From an uncultured Actinomycetota bacterium (GTDB taxonomy: Bacteria; Actinomycetota; Thermoleophilia; Solirubrobacterales; Solirubrobacteraceae), in NCBI GenBank assembly GCA_963708085.1, contig OY970180.1, positions 792,565 to 856,564 on the forward strand: a stretch of DNA of 64,000 nucleotides, given 5' to 3'. The notes beneath the pieces are model-generated. The model saw only the letters and a list, made by a program, of their open reading frames with translations, was not told the DNA's origin and ran no database searches. Of this stretch, positions 48,722 to 57,682 are shown in pieces; position 1 is the stretch's first letter; every line of letters begins with the position of its first letter. The translations under genes were made by a program, and so were the position numbers.

Positions 48722-49995
48722 TCCGCGCAGGCATCCTGGTCACCGGCACGGAGGTGCTCTCCGGCGCCGTCACCGATCGAAACGGCCCGTGGCTCTCGCG
48801 CGAGCTCTACGCGCTTGGCGTTGAGGTGGCGGAGATCCTGATAGTCGGCGATCGCCCATCGGACATCCGAGAGGGGCTCTCGTTGATGGAGGGTCAGGGC
48901 CTGCAGCTGATCGTCGCCAGCGGCGGGCTGGGGCCGACCGCAGACGACCTGACCGTCGAGACAGTGGCCTGCCACCTCGGCCTGGAGCTGTTCACCGACA
49001 CCGCCCTGGAGGCCCGCATCGAGCAGATCGTGGCACCGCTGCGGCAGCGCCGCGGGGTGGATGAGCAGGCGCTGCGGGCCGGCAACAGCAAGCAGGCCAC
49101 CGTGCCACGGGGCGCTGGCGTGCTGGAGCCGGTCGGCACCGCGCCGGGACTGGTGATTCCGCCTGCGCATCCCGACGGGCCGATCGTGGTGGTGCTGCCC
49201 GGCCCTCCGCGAGAGCTACAGCCGATGTGGACCACCGCGCTGGATGTGGAGCCGCTGCGCGGCCTGCTGCGCAGCGTGCAGCAGGGCCAGGTGCACACGA
49301 TGCGCCTGTTCGGGGTGCCGGAGTCGCAGCTGGCACAGACGCTGCGGCAGGCGCAACGGGACGGGGTGCGGCTCGCCGAGCTGGAGGTCACCACCTGCCA
49401 GCACCGCGGCGAGCTGGAGATCACCACCCGCCTGCGAGACGCAGACGCTCCGATCTACGCCGACCTGCAGAGGTTCATCGCCTCCGCGCACCCCGACGAG
49501 CTCTTCTCTACAGACGGCCAGACGATCGACGAGCAGGTTGCGGGGTTGCTGCGTGGCAGCTCGATCGCGATGGCCGAGTCGTGCACGGGCGGGATGCTCG
49601 CCGCTCGCCTGACGGACCTCCCGGGCTCCTCGGAGTACGTGCGCGGCGGGGTGGTCGTCTACTCCGACGAGTCGAAGATCTCGCTGGCGGGAGTTCCGGA
49701 GCGGCTGATCACCGCTCACGGCGCCGTCTCCGAGCAGGTCGCCGCAGCGCTGGCGCAGGGGGTGCGCGCAGTGCTCGATGCCGAGGTGGGGGTGGGGGTG
49801 ACGGGCATCGCCGGCCCCGGCGGCGGCAGCCCTGAGAAGCCCGTCGGCCTGGTCTGGCTGAGCGTGGCCGGCCTGGGCGATCGCGTGCTGACGCGTTCGG
49901 TGCGGCTCCCGGGCGGGCGCCCGGAGGTGAGAGAGCGCGCGGTCACGGTGGCGATGCACATGATCAGACGGGCGCTGCTCCAAAGACGATCGTAG
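48718..49995 (+). CDS. cinA: CinA family: competence/damage-inducible protein with nicotinamide-nucleotide amidohydrolase (PncC) domain
   Basis: N-terminal MoCF-binding domain (AGILVTGTEVLSG...TDRNGPWL), and C-terminal PncC (AESCTGGMLA...SSEYVRGGVVVYS...GVTGIAGPGGG). Confidence 0.9.
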   Translation: MIRAGILVTGTEVLSGAVTDRNGPWLSRELYALGVEVAEILIVGDRPSDIREGLSLMEGQGLQLIVASGGLGPTADDLTVETVACHLGLELFTDTALEARIEQIVAPLRQRRGVDEQALRAGNSKQATVPRGAGVLEPVGTAPGLVIPPAHPDGPIVVVLPGPPRELQPMWTTALDVEPLRGLLRSVQQGQVHTMRLFGVPESQLAQTLRQAQRDGVRLAELEVTTCQHRGELEITTRLRDADAPIYADLQRFIASAHPDELFSTDGQTIDEQVAGLLRGSSIAMAESCTGGMLAARLTDLPGSSEYVRGGVVVYSDESKISLAGVPERLITAHGAVSEQVAAALAQGVRAVLDAEVGVGVTGIAGPGGGSPEKPVGLVWLSVAGLGDRVLTRSVRLPGGRPEVRERAVTVAMHMIRRALLQRRS

Positions 49996-50096
49996 TGGCG
50001 CGGTCCTGTGGCCGTGCAACCGTCCGGGCGGAGCTTTTTTGAACGATCAAAAATATGATATGGTCACCCAATCTTTGTCTGAATACCGGAGGTGAT

Positions 50097-51278
50097 ATGC
50101 CCGCCGCTGTCGTTCACGAGCTCTATGACCCGCTGTACCACACGATGCAGGAGGATCTCTACGAGATCTACCGGCAGCTGCGGGACGAGCATCCCGTCTA
50201 TCACTGCAAGCACCGTGAGGTGTGGTGTCTGACGCGCTTTGACGACGTGCAGGCAGCGGCGCGCGACTGGGAGACGTTCTCGAATGCCAACGGCGTCGAG
50301 CTGGACGTTCCAACGCAGTTCTACGGAACAGGCAACTTTCTCGAGGAAGATCCGCCCCGGCACGACCTGCTGCGCAAGGTGGTTCGCCCCTTCTTCATAC
50401 CGAAGGCGATCGCACGGCTGGAAGGCCAAGTGGAACGGCGCGTGGAGGAGATGATCGCTCAGCTGCTCGATGCGGATCGGATCGATATCGCCCAGGACTT
50501 CGCCTGGGCGCTGCCAGTGTGGGTGATATGCCGGCTGCTCGGTGTGCCAGAGGCAGACGACGAGCACGTGCACGACCTGGTTACCGAATTGGAAACGCGG
50601 TGCCCCGGTGACGATGGGCACGCCGAGCATGTGGGCCCGATCCTGCGCAGGTTTCATGAATACTCAGAAGATCTCGCCGAGCGGAAGCGGCGCATGCCAG
50701 GCGATGACCTGATGTCGCACCTGGTTGCGGGCGAGGCTGAGCAGGCGCCACGCCGCGACGAGCTGCTTGGCTTGATGGTGCTGCTCTTCACCGCCGGCAG
50801 CGAGACGACGGCGGCGTTGATCGGCAATACGCTGAGCTTCCTGGCCGAGCACCCTGACGCTCAGCAGGCGTTGCGGCAGCGGCCGGCTGAGCTGATCGAC
50901 GCAACTATCGAGGAGTCGCTGCGGATGGACACGCCGGTCCAATACCTCGCGCGCCGCGCCACCCGGCCGGTTCTCCTCCACGACGAGGAGATCCCCGCGG
51001 GCGCCGATGTGATTCTGATCTACGGTGCGGCGAATCGCGATGAGCGCCACTTCGAGCGCGCAGAAGCTTTCGACATACACCGCCCTGCGCAGCGGCACCT
51101 CGCCTTTGGCGAGGGAATCCACTTCTGCCTGGGCGCGCCGCTTGCACGTCTGGAGGCCCGTCTGGCGGTGCCAGCGTTCATACGCGCATTTCCCTCCTAC
51201 CGGCTCGAGTCCAGGACGGAGCGGTTCTTCAACCACATAGTGCGGGGCTATCAGCATCTGCCCGCGACGATCGGCTGA
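50097..51278 (+). CDS. Cytochrome P450 monooxygenase (paralog 1)
   Basis: AGSETTA (I-helix), ESLR (ExxR), and heme loop FGEGIHFCLGAPLARLE. GGAGGTGATATG start context. Confidence 0.92.
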   Translation: MPAAVVHELYDPLYHTMQEDLYEIYRQLRDEHPVYHCKHREVWCLTRFDDVQAAARDWETFSNANGVELDVPTQFYGTGNFLEEDPPRHDLLRKVVRPFFIPKAIARLEGQVERRVEEMIAQLLDADRIDIAQDFAWALPVWVICRLLGVPEADDEHVHDLVTELETRCPGDDGHAEHVGPILRRFHEYSEDLAERKRRMPGDDLMSHLVAGEAEQAPRRDELLGLMVLLFTAGSETTAALIGNTLSFLAEHPDAQQALRQRPAELIDATIEESLRMDTPVQYLARRATRPVLLHDEEIPAGADVILIYGAANRDERHFERAEAFDIHRPAQRHLAFGEGIHFCLGAPLARLEARLAVPAFIRAFPSYRLESRTERFFNHIVRGYQHLPATIG

Positions 51279-51533
51279 CACCAATCCCGCCGCCGGGGTT
51301 GCATCGAGGTTGACCGAGCAGCGCCGTCGATCACGCCGGCGCTGCGGCGCCCATCGATGCGCCTGATCGGGCGGGCATTGCTGCACGCCCGATCGCGACG
51401 TTGCGCAAGCCACACGAGAGCCTGCTTGGAGCCCGCTGGCACAGGTGGAGGGAACCTCCGCCATATGGTACGGTGACTCGATCTCTTTGAGGTGTGTTTC
51501 CCTCTGTTACACCATGCCAACCCTGGAGGTGAT

Positions 51534-52715
51534 ATGCCCGCCGTCACAGCTCCCGAGCTCTACGATCCGCTCTACCACACCCCGCAGGACGATCTCTATG
51601 AGATCTACCGGCGCATGCGGGACGATCACCCCGTCTATCACAGCGAGCGTCGCGACGTGTGGTGCCTCACGCGCTTCGATGACGTGCAGGTGGCGGCGCG
51701 CGACTGGGAGACTTTCTCCAACGCCAATGGCGTAGACCTCGACGTGCCGGCGCGGTTCTTCGGCGTCGGGAACTTCATCGAGGAAGACCCGCCGCGGCAC
51801 GACGTGCTGCGCAAGGTCGTGCGCCCCTTCTTCGTGCCGAAGGAGATTGCGAAGCTCGAAGGCCAGATAGCGGAGCGCGTCGAGCAGCTGGTCGCAGGGT
51901 TGGCAGGGGCCGGGCGGATCGACATCGCGCAGGATTTCGCCTGGGCGTTGCCGATCTGGGCGATATGCAGGCTGATCGGCGTGCCACAGGCCGACGACGA
52001 GCTTGTGCACGGCCTCGTCACGAAGCTGGAAACGCGTCGTCCCGGCGACGATGCGCCTTCGGAGTCGATGCTCTCAGCGCTGCGCGAGCTTCGATCCTAT
52101 GCGGAGGATCTTGCCGAGCAGAAGCGGCGGGCGCCGGGCGAGGATCTGATGTCCCATCTCGTCGCCGGCGAGGCCGACGGCGCGCCACGGCGCGAGGAGA
52201 TCCCGGGCATGATCGTGCTGCTGTTCGCCGCCGGCAGCGAGACGACTGCGTCGCTGCTTGGCAACACGCTCTCGCTGCTGGCAGAGCACCGTGAGGCCCA
52301 GGAGGCGCTGCGGCGCGAGCCCGCCGAGCTGATCGACGCTGTGATCGAGGAGTCGCTGCGGATGGACCTGCCGGTCCAGTACCTGGCGCGTCAGACGACC
52401 ACCTCCGCGCGCGTCCATGACGTCGAGATTCCCGAGGGCGCCGACCTCTTGTTGATCTACGGCGCCGCCAATCGCGACGAGCGGCACTTCGAGCGCGCGG
52501 AAACGTTCGATATCAGGCGGCCGTCGCAGCGGCATCTGGCCTTCGGCGAGGGCATCCACTTCTGCCTCGGCGCTCCGCTGGCGCGCTTGGAGGCGCGCAT
52601 CGCGTTGCCGGCGTTCCTGCGCGCCATCCCGTCCTACGAGATCGAGGCGCCGGTCGAGCGGTTCTCCAACCACACCATACGCGGCTTCATGCACCTGCCC
52701 GCCAAGGTCGGCTGA
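51534..52715 (+). CDS. Cytochrome P450 monooxygenase (paralog 2, tandem duplicate)
   Basis: Same motifs as paralog 1 (AGSETTA, ESLR, FGEGIHFCLGAPLARLE). Collinear along the whole length, roughly three quarters identical by eye. Identical GGAGGTGATATGCCCGCC start context. Confidence 0.92.
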   Translation: MPAVTAPELYDPLYHTPQDDLYEIYRRMRDDHPVYHSERRDVWCLTRFDDVQVAARDWETFSNANGVDLDVPARFFGVGNFIEEDPPRHDVLRKVVRPFFVPKEIAKLEGQIAERVEQLVAGLAGAGRIDIAQDFAWALPIWAICRLIGVPQADDELVHGLVTKLETRRPGDDAPSESMLSALRELRSYAEDLAEQKRRAPGEDLMSHLVAGEADGAPRREEIPGMIVLLFAAGSETTASLLGNTLSLLAEHREAQEALRREPAELIDAVIEESLRMDLPVQYLARQTTTSARVHDVEIPEGADLLLIYGAANRDERHFERAETFDIRRPSQRHLAFGEGIHFCLGAPLARLEARIALPAFLRAIPSYEIEAPVERFSNHTIRGFMHLPAKVG

Positions 52716-52819
52716 AGCTCCACGGCATCCGCGACAGCCCTGGATCTCGGCCAGGGCCGACCGCTCCGATCTGCGCGGCCGAATCGCCGGCCGATCGGCC
52801 GGCTAGCATCAGTTGCGGG

Positions 52820-53500
52820 ATGTCTCATCCTGCGACCGCCCGGCTGTTCATAGCGCTCGACCTGCCAAGCGCGCTGAGGCAGGAGCTGAGCTCGTGGGCG
52901 CGCTGCGCGCTGCGTGCCGCGGCCTCCCAGCCGCCAGAGCCGGTGGTGCGCCGGGGACGGCGCGGGGCGAGGCCGGAGCATCGCGCGGCCGGCAGGCTGC
53001 ACGGCATCAGGACGCTCGACGCAGAGCTGATGCACGTCACGCTGACCTTCCTCGGCTCGCGGCCGGTTGAGGAGATCGGCTCGCTCTGCGCGATCGTGGA
53101 GTCGTGCATCGCGCCGCAGATGGACGAGGTGTCGATCGGCGCGCCGCTATGGCTACCTACGCGCAGGCCACGGGCGCTCGCCGTGGAGCTGCACGACGAC
53201 CACGGCTGCCTGGCAGATCTGCACCGGACCCTGGAGAGTGACCTGAGAGCGGCCGGACTGGTCGCGGCGGCACCCACCCACGGCGCAGGCCATCGCGCAT
53301 TTCGCCCGCACGTCACCGTCGCGCGCCTGCGCCAGGGGGCCGTGCCGCGCGATCGCATGCTCGAACCGACTCCCAGATGCGCCTTTTTGCCGCAGCGGCT
53401 CGTGCTCTATCGCTCCTGGCTCTCGCCGGAGGGCGCAAGCTACGAGCCGCTTGCCTTCAGCGCGATCGCGTCGGAGGAGCCGGGAGCGCAGGCCGCCTGA
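52820..53500 (+). CDS. thpR: RNA 2',3'-cyclic phosphodiesterase / 2'-5' RNA ligase family (ThpR/LigT, 2H phosphoesterase)
   Basis: RLFIALDLP N terminus and two HxT motifs (HVTLTFLG; HVTVARL). An Arg-rich insertion lies between beta1 and the first HxT. Confidence 0.8.
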   Translation: MSHPATARLFIALDLPSALRQELSSWARCALRAAASQPPEPVVRRGRRGARPEHRAAGRLHGIRTLDAELMHVTLTFLGSRPVEEIGSLCAIVESCIAPQMDEVSIGAPLWLPTRRPRALAVELHDDHGCLADLHRTLESDLRAAGLVAAAPTHGAGHRAFRPHVTVARLRQGAVPRDRMLEPTPRCAFLPQRLVLYRSWLSPEGASYEPLAFSAIASEEPGAQAA

Positions 53501-53536
53501 GGTCCGCCGAGCGCGCCACGCGCCGGCGGGCCAATA

Positions 53537-53550
53537 CGAACAACTGTTCC
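53537..53550 (+). promoter_or_regulatory. LexA-binding SOS (Cheo-type) box upstream of recA
   Basis: CGAACAACTGTTCC matches the Gram-positive/actinobacterial consensus CGAAC-N4-GTTC. It lies 54 nt upstream of the recA ATG. Confidence 0.75.
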
Positions 53551-53603
53551 GTCCGGAGCGCCCTCTAGCTTGTCCCGGGTAACCCGATCCGGAGGAGCCA
53601 GTC

Positions 53604-54719
53604 ATGCCCGTCACCGACCAGGACCAGGAGAAGGCAGCAAAGGCGCGCGACGCGGCGCTGAAGGGCGCGCTTGGCCAGATCGAGCGCGAGTTCGGCAAGG
53701 GCTCGGTGATGCGGATGGGCGACGAGGGCGCGCAGGTGCGTGTCGACGCGATCCCCACCGGAGCGCTCGCCCTGGACATCGCGCTCGGCATTGGCGGCGT
53801 GCCCAAGGGACGCATCGTCGAGGTCTTCGGCCCGGAGTCCTCCGGCAAGACGACCCTGATCTATCACGTGCTCGCCGAAGCCCAGCGGCTCGGCGGCGTG
53901 TGCGCCTTCATCGATGCCGAGCACGCGATGGACCCGCTCTACGCCAAGACGATTGGCGTAGACATCGACGAGCTGCTGGTCTCTCAGCCTGACTACGGCG
54001 AGCAGGCCCTGGAGATTGCCGACATGCTCGTGCGCTCCGGCGCCGTGGATGTGGTGGCGATCGACTCGGTCGCGGCGCTCACCCCCAAGGTAGAGCTGGA
54101 GGGCCAGATGGGTGACCAGACGGTTGGCGCCCAGGCGCGGATGATGTCCCAGGCGATGCGCAAGCTCGCCGGCAACCTCAACCGGACCAGCACGCTCTGC
54201 ATTCTCACCAACCAGATCCGCGAAAAGGTGGGCGTGATGTTCGGCTCGCCGGAGACCCAGCCGGGCGGCCGCGCGCTGAAGTTCTACGCCTCCCAGCGTC
54301 TGGACATCCGCCGCATCGAGACGCTCAAGGACGGCACCGAGGCGGTCGGCAACCGGGTGCGGGTGAAGGTCGTCAAGAACAAGCTCGCCGCCCCCTTCAG
54401 GCAGGCCGAGTTCGACATCGAGTTCGGCCGTGGCATCTCGACCTCCGGCTGCCTGATCGACCTCGGCATCGAAGAGAACATCGTCACCAAGTCCGGCTCC
54501 TTCTTCTCCTACGGCGAGGAAAGGCTCGGCCAGGGTCGCAACAACGCCAAGGCGTTCCTGGACGAGCACCCGGAAATAGCCATGCAGGTCGAGGCCAAGA
54601 TCTACGCCGCGCTCGGCATAGGCGCCGATAAGGTCACGCCAATCGAGCGCCCGCCGGCCCAGGACGCTGTGCAGGCGGTAGAGGCATCCGCGCCGGCTGC
54701 CGTGCAGCGGGCGGCCTAA
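53604..54719 (+). CDS. recA: Recombinase RecA (no intein)
   Basis: [24 protein letters not shown] Walker [18 protein letters not shown], and [28 protein letters not shown]. Confidence 0.97.
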   Translation: MPVTDQDQEKAAKARDAALKGALGQIEREFGKGSVMRMGDEGAQVRVDAIPTGALALDIALGIGGVPKGRIVEVFGPESSGKTTLIYHVLAEAQRLGGVCAFIDAEHAMDPLYAKTIGVDIDELLVSQPDYGEQALEIADMLVRSGAVDVVAIDSVAALTPKVELEGQMGDQTVGAQARMMSQAMRKLAGNLNRTSTLCILTNQIREKVGVMFGSPETQPGGRALKFYASQRLDIRRIETLKDGTEAVGNRVRVKVVKNKLAAPFRQAEFDIEFGRGISTSGCLIDLGIEENIVTKSGSFFSYGEERLGQGRNNAKAFLDEHPEIAMQVEAKIYAALGIGADKVTPIERPPAQDAVQAVEASAPAAVQRAA

Positions 54720-54738
54720 GCCTCTGACTCGCGACGGA

Positions 54739-54766
54739 CACTGGCCGCGCTCAGGTGCGGCCAGTG
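54739..54766. terminator. Perfect 10-bp GC hairpin between convergent recA and VOC genes (likely bidirectional terminator)
   Basis: CACTGGCCGC-gctcaggt-GCGGCCAGTG, 20 nt after the recA stop and 24 nt from the convergent gene's stop. Confidence 0.55.
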
Positions 54767-54789
54767 GTCGTACTTCGCCTGCGGCGGAC

Positions 54790-55398
54790 CTACGCGGCCT
54801 CCCATGCGAACCCATCCGGGTCGGTAAACGGCTCCGCATCGCTGCCGATGACGATCCGATGTGACCCGCTGCCCTCCGAGGAGACGCCGGCATCCTTGGC
54901 CAGGGCGCGGCGCTTGTAGAGGGCCAGCTTGAGGCTTCCCGCCGGGCCGGCAAACTCGACGTACTTGCTGCCAAAGCTCCTGGCCACGCTCAGACCGCGG
55001 TCGACGTAGAACTGCTTGCTCGCGGCGACATCCTCAACTCCCAGAAGGAGCACGATCTGGTCGATCTGGCGAGTTGCCGGACCGGAATTTTTCTTCGAGG
55101 AGGTCGCGACCTTCCAGATCGCCCCGTCCGGGGCTTCTACAACGCCGCCGTAGCCCCAGAGGCTTTTCGCAACCGGCTTCAGTGGCGTGGCACCGGCATC
55201 GAGCGCAGGGCCGATGAGCGCGTCGACCGTGGCCGGCTGGGAGACCACCAGCGACAGCGTGAACCCACGAAAGCCGGTGCTTTGCGGCTCGCAGGCGCGT
55301 AGGCCGACCTGCGTGTCCAGGCCGAAGGCGGTTGTGTAGAAGGCGTTGGCTGCGGCGGGATCGGGCACTTCGAGGGTGACGGACTCGATGGAGGTCAT
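54790..55398 (-). CDS. Two-domain glyoxalase/bleomycin-resistance/dioxygenase (VOC) family protein
   Basis: Two repeats of the beta-alpha-beta-beta-beta module (IESVTLEVPDPAAANAFYTTAFGL...; IDQIVLLLGVEDVAASKQFYVDRGL...). Start at ATG 55398, preceded by GAAGGA. Confidence 0.75.
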   Translation of the reverse strand: MTSIESVTLEVPDPAAANAFYTTAFGLDTQVGLRACEPQSTGFRGFTLSLVVSQPATVDALIGPALDAGATPLKPVAKSLWGYGGVVEAPDGAIWKVATSSKKNSGPATRQIDQIVLLLGVEDVAASKQFYVDRGLSVARSFGSKYVEFAGPAGSLKLALYKRRALAKDAGVSSEGSGSHRIVIGSDAEPFTDPDGFAWEAA

Positions 55399-56028
55399 GG
55401 CAGGTCCTTCGATCAGGTGGTGTTCGAGGCACATGCCAGTCAGGCTAGTTGCCGGGTGCAATGAGCGTTTCTCGATTCCTGCTCGGCTAGATCACTGCGT
55501 TCGTGGGTGCGCCGCGGCTCTCAGAACATTCGCATTTGGATAATCCCTGCCTAAGTACTTAGATTGGTCTGGGCAGCTAGAAGGCGCGTTCAAGCCGTCG
55601 CTGCGGCGTCCAGCAGCGAACAGATGGAGTCTGGTGATTCCTCGTTGAGCGGTAAACAGCCTCGCGGAGACCGAGGGTCGTCGCTCGAGTTCTGAAGCAC
55701 ACCTCCGGTACTGTCTCGCGCCACGATTCAATCTGCTAGCTTGCCGTCCGGTCTTCAGCGCCAGCGTCTTGCTACCACAGCGTGGCCCGGAGCCGATGGC
55801 ATCAGTTGCGAGACGATCCACATTGGGTCGTCGCGGAGAGCGCAATCACGAGGAGAGGGGAAGATCGCGTGAGCACCACGATCATAAGCCCAGACCATCG
55901 TTGGAGCCGGTGCCTCCCGCCCATGCACGCGGCGAGCCTGCCAATGCCGTGCCCCATATGGCCCAAACGGACTCGTGGTCGGGATCCATCGCTCGCAGCT
56001 GAGTTGCCCCATTTGTCGAACGGTCACG

Positions 56029-56358
56029 ATGGCTGGTAACGACCTCTCGGCGGCTTCAATAGCGACGCACACCGATCTTAGGATGCTTCGCTGCTATGTC
56101 GTCGTCGCCGAAGAGCTGCATTTTGCGCGCGCGGCACAGCGCCTCATTACCACGCAGGCCACAGTAAGCAGAACAGTGCGCACTCTTGAGGCCCAGTTGG
56201 GCGTTCAGCTATTGGAGCGAAGCTCTCGGCGAGTCGAGCTAACGGACGCTGGCCGAGTGGTGCTGGTGGGTGGTCGTGAACTCTTGGCGCACTATCAAGC
56301 GCTCGTGGCCGAGGTGTCGGCCCTCAAGCAACGCGGCAGCCTCCCTACAAAAACCTAA
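56029..56358 (+). pseudogene. Truncated LysR-family regulator (HTH + linker only, about 109 aa)
   Basis: LRMLRCYVVVAEELHFARAAQRLITTQATVSRTVRTLEAQLGVQLLERSSRRVELTDAG is the LysR wHTH. The ORF stops right after the linker helix, with no effector-binding domain. The stop is followed 10 nt later by a perfect 14-bp hairpin and a drop in GC. Confidence 0.7.
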
Positions 56359-56367
56359 CTATTGGTT

Positions 56368-56399
56368 ATGCGTATTCCGTATTGATACGGAATACGCAT
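56368..56399. repeat. Perfect 14-bp inverted repeat (ATGCGTATTCCGTA-ttga-TACGGAATACGCAT)
   Basis: Read directly. It is AT-rich relative to its surroundings, has no T tract, and sits exactly at the end of the LysR fragment. Confidence 0.85.
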
Positions 56400-56606
56400 T
56401 GGACATACCATGCCAGTAGAGCTTATGGTTGCTTCGATGCCGGCCAAATCGCGTAAGCGTAACTTGTTGCCTCCATGATATCCCACCCGTTCAGGAAGGG
56501 GTCATCCTCACCGACTGGCTTCACGGCAGTGTGGTGGACCCAATACATAAGAGAGGCGCCAGCGATGAACGACCGGTTGTGCAGTTGCCAACAACGAGGA
56601 GTGAAG

Positions 56607-57521
56607 ATGGAACAGTCAGGTAGGTCGTACTTGCGCAACGCGGTTGCGCTTGGTTTTGTTAGCGCCATGATCGCTATGCTGGCAATAGGCGTCACAGCGA
56701 CACCAGCAGCGGCATACGAATACGAACACATCTATTGTGAAAACATCATGGAACCCGGTGGAACGTGTCCGCCGAGCGGCAGCAGCGAATATGCTCACCT
56801 TCAAGTGAATGAAGGTGATGCTGGTGGCCAGAGTCACGAGACCTGTATTGACGAGTACTTGACGGGCCCCAAAAAATATACGTCACAAAAATGCATGTAC
56901 TACGCGGGTGAAGAGGCCGTGGATACTCCCGGAGGAGAATACGGATATCCCCGCGCATGGAATGGCGGCAGCGCAACGCACGCGGTTGACGCCGTGGAGC
57001 GTGGCTACCATACTGCTGCTGTAGAGAGTGCGATAACGTCGCCACTAACTCCGAGTGGGATAAGCGCAAGCGGGCTGCCGACGGCCGTCGTGCAGGGTCT
57101 CAGCAATTACCCCGGCATCGACTTGGCTACGGCGCAAGCAGCCGGAAGCACCTATCCCGCATGGGTCATTACCGGTTCGACGGAGACCTGCCTCATGCAT
57201 GAAGGGATGCGGCCGGGCGATGTGCCTGGCGGCGTGTGCGGTCCGACGTCGGTTGCGCAAGAACGTGGTTTGGCGATAACGACCGAAAATGCCGCCGGCG
57301 CGGCCGTGATTTTTGGGCTCGCGCCAGCTGGCAATACGTCGGTTAGCGTGATCGAATCCGATGGAGCAGCGAGGAACGTACCGGTCACAAACGGAGTCTA
57401 TGAGGTCACAGGAGGCAACCCAAATGCGGTAAGACTGAGCGCCGCATCAGGCGAAGCTACGACTCGTCACCTAGCTGCTTTGTCGTCGGTACCGCCTGCA
57501 TCGGCGCCCGCCGGGTCGTAG
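56607..57521 (+). CDS. Secreted/anchored hypothetical protein, Cys-containing N-domain plus C-terminal beta module shared with the neighbouring anti-sigma factor
   Basis: SD GAGGAG before the ATG. N-terminal hydrophobic signal/anchor (AVALGFVSAMIAMLAIGVTATPAAA). Atypical AT-richer codon usage (for example AAAAAATATACGTCACAAAAATGC). I recognise no known family. Confidence 0.65.
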   Translation: MEQSGRSYLRNAVALGFVSAMIAMLAIGVTATPAAAYEYEHIYCENIMEPGGTCPPSGSSEYAHLQVNEGDAGGQSHETCIDEYLTGPKKYTSQKCMYYAGEEAVDTPGGEYGYPRAWNGGSATHAVDAVERGYHTAAVESAITSPLTPSGISASGLPTAVVQGLSNYPGIDLATAQAAGSTYPAWVITGSTETCLMHEGMRPGDVPGGVCGPTSVAQERGLAITTENAAGAAVIFGLAPAGNTSVSVIESDGAARNVPVTNGVYEVTGGNPNAVRLSAASGEATTRHLAALSSVPPASAPAGS

Positions 57522-57565
57522 CCACTCCGTAGGCCGTCTGGTTAGCGTCGTTATCCCGCGGGTGA

Positions 57566-57596
57566 GTGGGTGCCGCCGTACAGCGGTGGCACCCAC
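57566..57596. terminator. 13-bp hairpin between convergent genes (likely bidirectional terminator)
   Basis: GTGGGTGCCGCCG-tacag-CGGTGGCACCCAC, with one G-U pair. It lies between the stops at 57521 (+) and 57683 (-). Confidence 0.5.
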
Positions 57597-57682
57597 CGCT
57601 TCTCTATCGCCACAGTGCCTTGATGCTGGTTTCGAGCGCAATAAGCGTCGGTGCGTCGTCTGACGCTGTGATTCGTCTGTCC

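Noticed and set aside
50000-50041. Possible terminator after cinA (…CCGTCCGGGCGGAGCTTTTTT)
   Set aside because: A T6 run is present, but I could not draw a convincing stem (at most 3-4 bp) immediately upstream.
10709-52715. Idea that the type III PKS fusion and the two P450s form one biosynthetic gene cluster
   Set aside because: They are about 38 kb apart, and the interval is filled with core housekeeping operons (pyr, nusA-infB, pnp, dap, ftsK).
52786-52803. Perfect 18-nt palindrome GCCGGCCGATCGGCCGGC between P450-2 and thpR
   Set aside because: It is a GC-only palindrome with no loop in a GC-rich genome. Such sequences arise frequently, and there is no second copy or associated regulator in the window. 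Evidence is too weak to call it an operator or terminator.
55492-56072. Minus-strand ORFs 55492..55845 and 55755..56072 in the gap after the VOC gene; also considered as a decayed recX
   Set aside because: There are no recognisable motifs (no RecX helical repeats), no RBS, and overlapping frames. The region is treated as degenerate non-coding DNA of the inserted block.
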